A DNA stretch of 64,000 nucleotides. Origin: Polyangiales bacterium. Its GTDB lineage: Bacteria > Myxococcota_A > Polyangia > Polyangiales > Ga0077539. The stretch lies in assembly GCA_044229975.1 (NCBI GenBank), contig JBGARZ010000002.1, forward strand, positions 128,001 to 192,000. The letters are read 5' to 3'. How positions within the stretch are numbered: the first letter of the stretch is position 1; every line of letters begins with the position of its first letter. The position numbers were made by a program, and so were the translations under genes. Below the pieces are notes generated by a model. That model did no database searches and had not been told where the DNA came from. It saw nothing but the letters and a program-made list of their open reading frames with translations. This document shows positions 53,452 through 60,159 of the stretch, one piece after another.

Positions 53452-54354
53452 TCAGGCAGCTTGCGAGTCGGCGGCACCGTTGGTGCTACCGCGCCGCGTG
53501 TCTTCCTCGGCGATGGCCTTCTTGAGCCACACCTTGGCGTTCTTCATGCGGCCTACTTCCTCGGTTCGCTTGCAGAGCGCCCGCCACGCGGCCTCGCGGT
53601 CAGCCACCGGCAGGGGTGCCAGCTCGGCGCGGAACTTCATCCACACCGCCACCGACTCCCCGGGCAACTCGATCTCGTTGAGCCGCGCGTAGAAGCCACC
53701 GAGCGCCGGGTGGGCCGTCGTGGGGTCGGGCGTCGGGTCGTTGGCCGGCGTCTCGTCCGCGGCTTCGGCCAGAGGGTTGACCTGGCTGAAGTCCACGCGC
53801 CCACCGGGCTCCTGCGCGCCCGCCGGGATGGTCTCGATCTCCATCTCGTCGAGCACCCCGAGGCCCAGGATGGACAACGTCGCGCGCCGCTTGGCCTTAG
53901 TTTCAGCCTTCATCAGCATGTTGACCGGGTCGATGACCGGCAGCGTCGCCGTCGCCGTCTCGACGCGCCCGTTGGGCAGCGACGCCTCGCACACCGCGTA
54001 GACCAGCTTGGTGCCCGCGAGGTCGATGACCTTCGGGCCGTCGATGATCCGGCGCGTGACCCGGTGCATCGCCGCGAGCTGATCGGTCGCGCCGCGCGTC
54101 GCGTAGAGAACCTCCTTCCCGTTGAGCCGCAGAAACGCGAAGGGCTGCGCATGGGGGTTGAGCCCGAGGCCCTCGCACATCTGCACGTAGAAGCGCGTCC
54201 GCTCCGCCGGCCCCAGGCCCGACAGGTCGCCGCGCAGCACGATGGAGTCGATGACCTTCGCACCCGTGCGCTCGTCCACCGCGTAGTCCACGCGCTCGGG
54301 CGTCGCGGTCGCCTTCGTCGCCTTGCTCTTTGTCTCGTTCTTTTCAGTAGTCAT
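53452..54354 (-). CDS. Phage-type single-strand annealing protein (Bet/RecT-like)
   Basis: GDLSGL..AER..FY...C..LGLNP...PF..L.LNGK.VLY and MKAETKAKRRATL motifs typical of phage annealase-like proteins; adjacent exonuclease. Confidence 0.7.
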   Translation of the reverse strand: MTTEKNETKSKATKATATPERVDYAVDERTGAKVIDSIVLRGDLSGLGPAERTRFYVQMCEGLGLNPHAQPFAFLRLNGKEVLYATRGATDQLAAMHRVTRRIIDGPKVIDLAGTKLVYAVCEASLPNGRVETATATLPVIDPVNMLMKAETKAKRRATLSILGLGVLDEMEIETIPAGAQEPGGRVDFSQVNPLAEAADETPANDPTPDPTTAHPALGGFYARLNEIELPGESVAVWMKFRAELAPLPVADREAAWRALCKRTEEVGRMKNAKVWLKKAIAEEDTRRGSTNGAADSQAA

Positions 54355-54372
54355 GGCTCGTCCTCTTCCCTT

Positions 54373-54768
54373 TCACTCCACATCCGTCGCGGGGTCGAAA
54401 CCCGCCTCATCCGCGGTCTCAGCGTCGGGCTCGTCCATCGTCTCCAGCGCGGCGACGAAGGCCTCCGAGCGCTCATTGCAAAACGCCTCGAACTCCATGT
54501 CGCCCGCCAGCGCCGCCTCCGGGTCGGCGGGCAGCACGTCGTTGGCGGGCAGCAGCTCCGACCAGAACAGCGCCTCCACCGCCGGAACCCCCCAGCGCCG
54601 TTGGGCCTCGCGCAGCACCCGCTCCTTCTTGAAGCGGGGGTGGGCCTTCCAGTCGGCGTAGCTGAGCTCGGCCCGCAGGCGCACCAGCTCGTCGAGCTCA
54701 TGCTGCGACTCCACCCGCCGCTCGTCGTAGATCGGGGTCGTGGGGTGGCGGTCTGCAATATTGCTCAT
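54373..54768 (-). CDS. Acidic small hypothetical protein (131 aa)
   Basis: RBS GAAGGGA upstream of ATG; about 31 Asp/Glu vs 14 Lys/Arg; first gene of the annealase/nuclease operon. Confidence 0.7.
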   Translation of the reverse strand: MSNIADRHPTTPIYDERRVESQHELDELVRLRAELSYADWKAHPRFKKERVLREAQRRWGVPAVEALFWSELLPANDVLPADPEAALAGDMEFEAFCNERSEAFVAALETMDEPDAETADEAGFDPATDVE

Positions 54769-54902
54769 GGTCGTCGTCCCTTCGTTGGGGATGGTCGCCG
54801 CGGGGGTCGGAGCGCCATTGCCTGCGCGCTTGCTTCGCTCGTCCATCACGAGGAACAAGATAGGTCGACCCCCTCCCCCGCGCCGCACCACGCAAGGGTC
54901 GT

Positions 54903-54992
54903 GTGACGTAGTCTGTCCTCGTTACGGATGCGCGGGAAAGCCAGAGCTCTCAACCGATACGAGCACCGAGGGTCGTGACAGATTACGTCACG
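54903..54992. promoter_or_regulatory. Pair of inverted operator-like sites GTGAC-N7-GTC(AC)
   Basis: 54903-54917 GTGACGTAGTCTGTC and 54977-54991 GACAGATTACGTCAC are reverse complements with 1 mismatch; 54974-54992 is itself CGTGAC-N7-GTCACG. Confidence 0.55.
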
Positions 54993-55613
54993 TCAGGGTT
55001 GCGGGACGACCTTCGGGCGCGTGGTCGCACCGACCGGTCGCAGCACGCCCGGGCGGTCGGCCCGACGTGGCGTGGCGAGGGCGCGGTCGTACCACTCGAC
55101 CAGCGTCCCCCGCTCGTGGGCGCTCTGGGCTCCGACCGCCAGGCGCAGCCACTCGCCCGTCGCCCGTTCGCCCGCCGCGCGCGCCACCGCTCGCAGCGCG
55201 ACGGCCACCGCGTGGTCGGGACGCAACGCCTCCAAGGCCTCTTCCAGCGCGTCGTCCCCGTCTCGGTTGACCTTGGCGGTGGGCTGCGTCGTCGCCGCCC
55301 TCCGACCACCGCCCACCAGGTCTGGGACGGCCCCCACCACCGCCCTCGCGAAGGGCCGCGGGTCGGGCTTCGCCGGTGCGTCGAAATAGTCCGCGGGCAG
55401 CCCGTACGCCTGCACCACCGCCATCATCACGTCGCCGCCGAGCGCACGGTGCCCGCCCAGGATGGCTGCCACGGTGCCCTGCTCGCGGCCGATGGACGCC
55501 GCGAAGGCCCGCTGCGTGAGCTTCGTCCCGCGCGCCGCCCCCAGCGCGTCGAACAGCTCCGCGAGCCGCTCGCGCCTCCTGCGGCTGAGCTCCTTCGACA
55601 CCGGACGCGGCAC
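54993..55613 (-). CDS. XRE/CI-like helix-turn-helix regulator (start uncertain, 55601-55649)
   Basis: LTQRAFAASIGREQGTVAAILGGHR...VQAYGLPADYF HTH_3 pattern; no LexA-type peptidase domain. Confidence 0.8.
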   Translation of the reverse strand: MPRPVSKELSRRRRERLAELFDALGAARGTKLTQRAFAASIGREQGTVAAILGGHRALGGDVMMAVVQAYGLPADYFDAPAKPDPRPFARAVVGAVPDLVGGGRRAATTQPTAKVNRDGDDALEEALEALRPDHAVAVALRAVARAAGERATGEWLRLAVGAQSAHERGTLVEWYDRALATPRRADRPGVLRPVGATTRPKVVPQP

Positions 55614-55644
55614 GCCATCGGATCTACCAGGAACTCCAGCGTTT

Positions 55645-55682
55645 AGCAATCATTGCTTGACTGCTGTTGATATCTTGCGCAA
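55645..55682. promoter_or_regulatory. AT-rich divergent control region with palindromes
   Basis: AGCAAT-C-ATTGCT (55645-55657), GATATC, TTGCGCAA (55675-55682) between divergent genes. Confidence 0.45.
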
Positions 55683-55693
55683 TACATCGGGGC

Positions 55694-56041
55694 ATGAATG
55701 GCGATGCTCCCAACCCGCTGCGACCGCGGCTCCAGGTGCTCGACGGCGGGGCCCAGGGCCGTCGGCGCAAGCCCGTTCGGCTGACGCTCCTGCGCGACCC
55801 GGCTCGCGCCCACGCCGTCGACACGGACGACCTGCCCAACCCCGGTGAGCCCATGACGCACCTCGAGCACGCCATCGCGGCGCTGCGCGAGGCCGCCCAG
55901 GCCGAGACCGTCACCGGCCGCAGCGACGGGGTCATCGACGCGCTCGATCACCTCACCCGCGAGCTGAGCGTGCTCTTCGACGACGAGGTCGCTCGCACCG
56001 CCCTGCTCCGCATCTCCGGCCAGCTCCGCCGCCCACGCTGA
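55694..56041 (+). CDS. Small hypothetical protein divergent from the XRE gene
   Basis: 115 aa ORF with coding bias; LQVLDGG motif, helical C-terminus. Confidence 0.6.
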   Translation: MNGDAPNPLRPRLQVLDGGAQGRRRKPVRLTLLRDPARAHAVDTDDLPNPGEPMTHLEHAIAALREAAQAETVTGRSDGVIDALDHLTRELSVLFDDEVARTALLRISGQLRRPR

Positions 56042-56093
56042 ACGTCACCTGTTCTTGCGCAAGCCGCGGGGCCGACGGTACACCGCGCGCCCA

Positions 56094-57242
56094 ATGGTTG
56101 CCGCCAAGCGCTCGAAGCCCCCTCCCCCGCTCACCCTCACGACGCCGACCCCGGTGCTCCGCCGGGCGCACTTCCTGATGCGCCTGTCGCGCGCCTGGGA
56201 CTGGCGCTTCGAGGCCATGGCCCGCGTCGGCCGCATCGGCCGCTGGTACAGCGCCGTCGGCAACGAGTGCACCACCGTGGGCACCGCCGTCGCGCTCGGC
56301 GCCAACGACGCGCTCTCGACGGTGCACCGCGACCTCGGCGCCGTGCTCACCACGTACCTCGACCCGACGCGCCTCGCGCCGTCCCTCTTCGAGGCCGCCG
56401 ATCGCACCGAGTGGGACGCGCTGCGTCCTCCGCCGCAGGCGCTGCTCGATCAGCTCGCGAGCCAGGTGTTCGGCCGTCGCGGCGGGTTCACCCGCGGGGT
56501 CGATCGCTCGTTTCACTACGGCCTGGTGAAGCCCGGGTGGGGCATCCGGCACGTCGGGATGATCTCGCACCTGGGGTCGATGATCCCGGTCGCCGCGGGG
56601 CTCGCGCTCGCCAACGTGCAGGACGGCAACGACCGCGCGGTGCTCGGCTTCATCGGCGAGGGAGCCACGTCACAGGGCGACTTCCACGAGGCGCTCAACC
56701 TCGCGGGCGTCATGAAGCTGCCGCTCATCCTGGTGGTGGAGAACAACCGCTACGCCTTCAGCACGCCGCTCTCGGAGCAGTTCGCGTGCGAGAAGCTCAG
56801 CGATCGCGCGGTGGGCTACGGCATCGCGGGCGAGACCATCGACGGCCTCGACTTCGACGCCGTCCACGGGGCGATGGAGCGCGCGATGAAGAGGGCGCGC
56901 TCGGGCGAAGGGGCGACGCTGCTGGAGTGCATGCTGCCGCGGATGCGAGGGCACGCAGAGGGCGACGGGAGCTATGAGCTCATCCCGCAGGCCGAGCGCG
57001 AGGACTACCTGAAGCAGGACCCGCTGGTGCGCTTCGAGGCGTCGCTCATCGCACGCGGCGCCGCCACCGAGGAGCGCGTGAAGGAGGTCACCGAGGTCAC
57101 GCGCGCCATCATCGAAGATGCGGTGGAGCGGGCCATGGCGACGGAGGAGCCCGAGCTGTCCGAGGCGACGCGTCCGGTGTTTGCGGCGGGTGAGGTCGCG
57201 ACGGCGTTTGCGCGCCAGTCGACGGAGGTGACCGGTGGCTGA
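56094..57242 (+). CDS. TPP-dependent 2-oxoacid dehydrogenase E1 alpha subunit
   Basis: GEGATSQGDFHEALN...ENNRYAFS TPP motif, RMRGH. Confidence 0.9.
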   Translation: MVAAKRSKPPPPLTLTTPTPVLRRAHFLMRLSRAWDWRFEAMARVGRIGRWYSAVGNECTTVGTAVALGANDALSTVHRDLGAVLTTYLDPTRLAPSLFEAADRTEWDALRPPPQALLDQLASQVFGRRGGFTRGVDRSFHYGLVKPGWGIRHVGMISHLGSMIPVAAGLALANVQDGNDRAVLGFIGEGATSQGDFHEALNLAGVMKLPLILVVENNRYAFSTPLSEQFACEKLSDRAVGYGIAGETIDGLDFDAVHGAMERAMKRARSGEGATLLECMLPRMRGHAEGDGSYELIPQAEREDYLKQDPLVRFEASLIARGAATEERVKEVTEVTRAIIEDAVERAMATEEPELSEATRPVFAAGEVATAFARQSTEVTGG

Positions 57243-58209
57243 TACGACGTACATCGACGCGATCCGACGGGGTCTGGGCGAGGAGATGGAGCGCGACGGC
57301 AACGTGTTCCTGATGGGGCAGGACATCGCGGCGTTTGGCGGGGCCTTCCGCGCCTCCAAGGGGCTCTTCGAGAAGTACGGTCGGCTGCGGGTCATCAACA
57401 CGCCGCTGATGGAGTCCGGCGCCATCGGGGCGGCCCTGGGCGCGGCGCTCTCGGGCAAGCGCCCGGTGCTGGAGATGCAGTTCGCGGACTTCGTGTCCTG
57501 CGGCTTCAACCAGATCGTCAACAACGTCGCCAAGACCTACTACCGCTGGGAGGCGCCCGTTCCGATGGTCATCCGCCTGCCCTTCGGCGGCGGCGCGGGC
57601 GCCGGGCCCTTCCACTCGCAGTCACCCGAAGCGTGGTTCGCCCACACCCCGGGGCTGTGCGTCATCGCGCCGTCCACTCCGCGAGATGCGCTCGGGATGC
57701 TCAAGGCCGCGATCCGTGATCCCAACCCGGTGATCTACCTGGAGCATCGCTTCCTCTACCGCCGCGAGAAGGAAGACCTCCCCGACGGCGATCTCCTCAC
57801 GCCGCTCGGCAAGGCGCGCGTCGCCCGCGAGGGAAAGAACATCACCGTGCTCTCCTGGTCGTGGACGATGCACGAGTCGCTCGCCGCCGCCGAGGAGCTC
57901 GCCAAGGAGGGAGTCTCCGTCGAGGTCATCGACCTGCGAACCCTCTCGCCGCTCGACGAGGAGACCATCTTCGCGTCGGTGAAGAAGACCTCGAAGGTGC
58001 TCATCGTGCACGAGGCCACGCTCACCGCGGGCTTCGGCGCCGAGCTCGCAGCGCGGGTCGCCGATCGCTGCTTCGAGTGGCTCGACGGCCCCGTCCGTCG
58101 CGTCGCCTACGCCGACCGCCCGTCGCCCTACAACAAGAAGCTCGAACTGAGCCTGCTCCCAGGGCGCGAGCGCATCGTCGCCGAGCTGCGTCGCCTCGCG
58201 AAGTACTGA
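57235..58209 (+). CDS. 2-oxoacid dehydrogenase E1 beta subunit
   Basis: GQDIAAFGG, NTPLME, EMQFADF, FHSQSPE, IDLRTLSPLD. Confidence 0.93.
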   Translation: MADTTYIDAIRRGLGEEMERDGNVFLMGQDIAAFGGAFRASKGLFEKYGRLRVINTPLMESGAIGAALGAALSGKRPVLEMQFADFVSCGFNQIVNNVAKTYYRWEAPVPMVIRLPFGGGAGAGPFHSQSPEAWFAHTPGLCVIAPSTPRDALGMLKAAIRDPNPVIYLEHRFLYRREKEDLPDGDLLTPLGKARVAREGKNITVLSWSWTMHESLAAAEELAKEGVSVEVIDLRTLSPLDEETIFASVKKTSKVLIVHEATLTAGFGAELAARVADRCFEWLDGPVRRVAYADRPSPYNKKLELSLLPGRERIVAELRRLAKY

Positions 58210-58250
58210 CCCCCTTGCGCTCGGGCCCGTCCCGGCCCGACGCTCGGCGG

Positions 58251-59465
58251 ATGCGAAGACTCATCATCCCGACCGTCGCCACGCTCTCGCTCACCCTCTT
58301 CGACTGTGGAGTGACCCCGGAGTCGCTGCGCGATCCGACCTGTTCGACCACGACCTTCAACGTCGAAGGCGGAACCTTCACCACCTTCGGCACCTCCGCC
58401 GACGCCCGGAAGGTCGACGCCTTCCTCCGCGCGACGCTCGATCTCAACTCTGCGACCAACGAAATCGCCGAGGGCCTGCGCGCGACCTGCGCCGCCATCG
58501 GCACCGACCTCGGCCTCGCCGCGTCGACCTACCAGCCCGCGACCGCGGGTGAGCTCCCGGTGGTCTACACCTGTCGGCGCGTCGGTCAGGAGATCCGCAC
58601 CATCCTCCAGGCGGGCCTCTCGGCCAACGGGCGCCTCACCCTCGACCTCACCCCGCCTCGCTGCGAGATCGACATCAACGTCGCCGCGCAGTGTGCCGCG
58701 CAGTGTTCGGGGTCGGCGATGGTGCAGGTTCCGACCTGTCGCGGTGAGGTGATCGCTGACTGCTCGGCGAGCTGTACGGGCTCCTGCTCGGGCTCCTGCT
58801 CGGCGGCCTGTACGGGCACGTGCCGCGGGCAGTGCAGCGGCCAGGCGAACGGCATCTGTAACGGCACCTGCACCGGAACGTGCAGCGCCATGGACTCCAT
58901 GGGCCGCTGTGTCGGCACCTGCGAAGGAACGTGCACCGGCACCTTCTCGGGCACCTGCATGGGCTCGTGCATGGGCACCTGCGAGGCGGGCTGCACGGGC
59001 ACCTGCACCGGTCAGTGCCGCGGCATGTGCACGGGAGGCGTCAACGTCCGCTGCGAGGGCGAATACGACGTCCAGGCCGACGTGCAGTGCACGGCCGCCT
59101 GCCGCGCGCAGGCGAGTGCTCGCGCGACCTGCACCGACCCGCGGCTCGCCATCACCGTCACGGGCAACGTCACCGCTGCCCAGCGCGCGCGCGTCGAGGC
59201 GCTCATCGCCTCGCTCCAGCGCAACTATCCGCGGTTCCAGGCCAACGCCAACCGCATCCAGCGCGTCGTCCAGATGACCGCGCCCAACTTCGTGTCGAGC
59301 CTCAACGGCCTCGGCAGCGCCGCGACCAACGTCGGCCTGAGCGCCAGCGCCTGCGTCGTGCGCGCGGGCGTCGTTGCCGCCGACATCACCAACCGCGTGC
59401 AGGCGTCGGCCACCGTGACCGTGGAGTTCTCCGCGTCGGTCAACGTCATGGGTACCGCCCAGTAG
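58251..59465 (+). CDS. Cysteine-rich exported (lipo)protein with CxGxC repeats
   Basis: Signal peptide ending in Cys; long run of C-x-G-x-C units. Confidence 0.8.
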   Translation: MRRLIIPTVATLSLTLFDCGVTPESLRDPTCSTTTFNVEGGTFTTFGTSADARKVDAFLRATLDLNSATNEIAEGLRATCAAIGTDLGLAASTYQPATAGELPVVYTCRRVGQEIRTILQAGLSANGRLTLDLTPPRCEIDINVAAQCAAQCSGSAMVQVPTCRGEVIADCSASCTGSCSGSCSAACTGTCRGQCSGQANGICNGTCTGTCSAMDSMGRCVGTCEGTCTGTFSGTCMGSCMGTCEAGCTGTCTGQCRGMCTGGVNVRCEGEYDVQADVQCTAACRAQASARATCTDPRLAITVTGNVTAAQRARVEALIASLQRNYPRFQANANRIQRVVQMTAPNFVSSLNGLGSAATNVGLSASACVVRAGVVAADITNRVQASATVTVEFSASVNVMGTAQ

Positions 59466-59538
59466 GTCAGGGTCCCCCCAACGTCGCGCCGGGGATGGGT
59501 CTTTACCCAGACGCCCCACTGGCCTAAACCCCGGCGCG

Positions 59539-60129
59539 ATGTACCTCAAGACCTTCCTCGAACCGAAAGTCGACCTCGAACGCCTGGCCGCGATGCTCGA
59601 CACCTGCGGCCACTGGGCGCGGGTCAACGCCGTGCGCTCGCTCTCCAACGCGCAGATGAAGGTCCTCTTCGAGGCTTGTGCTGAGACGGGCGCCCTCACG
59701 CTCGACTACATGGTTCCGACGACCGAGCCGCTCGTGGAGGTGATCCATCACGGGAAAAACGGCCTGCCCGCGTTCAACCATTTCCAGAAGCGGTTCTGTC
59801 GGCCCGACGGGGAAGACTCGGCCGACCAGCTCTGGGGCTACAACCACAACCCCGACTTCCAGATGGCCGTGACGGGCCCCGGCTACTACGTGTCGACGCT
59901 CACCGAGAAGAGCGAGGTGCTCGTCGACTACGCGCGCATCCCGCCCCGCAAGCCCGCCGCCTGGCCCGCCATCATGGGCCCCAAGGCGCGCGCTGGATTC
60001 CTCGTGTGGGACGGGATGACCGACGTGCTGCGCAAGGTTTCCGAGCACGTCACCATCGGCGCCGCCTCCAAGAACGGCAAGCTCATGGGGCAGTACTTCG
60101 CCCTCTGCCGCGAAGACCCGAAGGCCTGA
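59539..60129 (+). CDS. Hypothetical protein
   Basis: Strong coding bias; HGKNGLPAF..FQKRFCR motif. Confidence 0.75.
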   Translation: MYLKTFLEPKVDLERLAAMLDTCGHWARVNAVRSLSNAQMKVLFEACAETGALTLDYMVPTTEPLVEVIHHGKNGLPAFNHFQKRFCRPDGEDSADQLWGYNHNPDFQMAVTGPGYYVSTLTEKSEVLVDYARIPPRKPAAWPAIMGPKARAGFLVWDGMTDVLRKVSEHVTIGAASKNGKLMGQYFALCREDPKA

Positions 60130-60159
60130 CCTGCGCGGCACTGGCGTCGCGCCTCGCTC

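Noticed and set aside
54895..54992. Retron msr-msd ncRNA suggested by the inverted repeats
   Set aside because: No reverse transcriptase in the window
52270..56041. Complete prophage or integrative element
   Set aside because: No integrase, terminase, structural genes, flanking tRNA or clear att direct repeats
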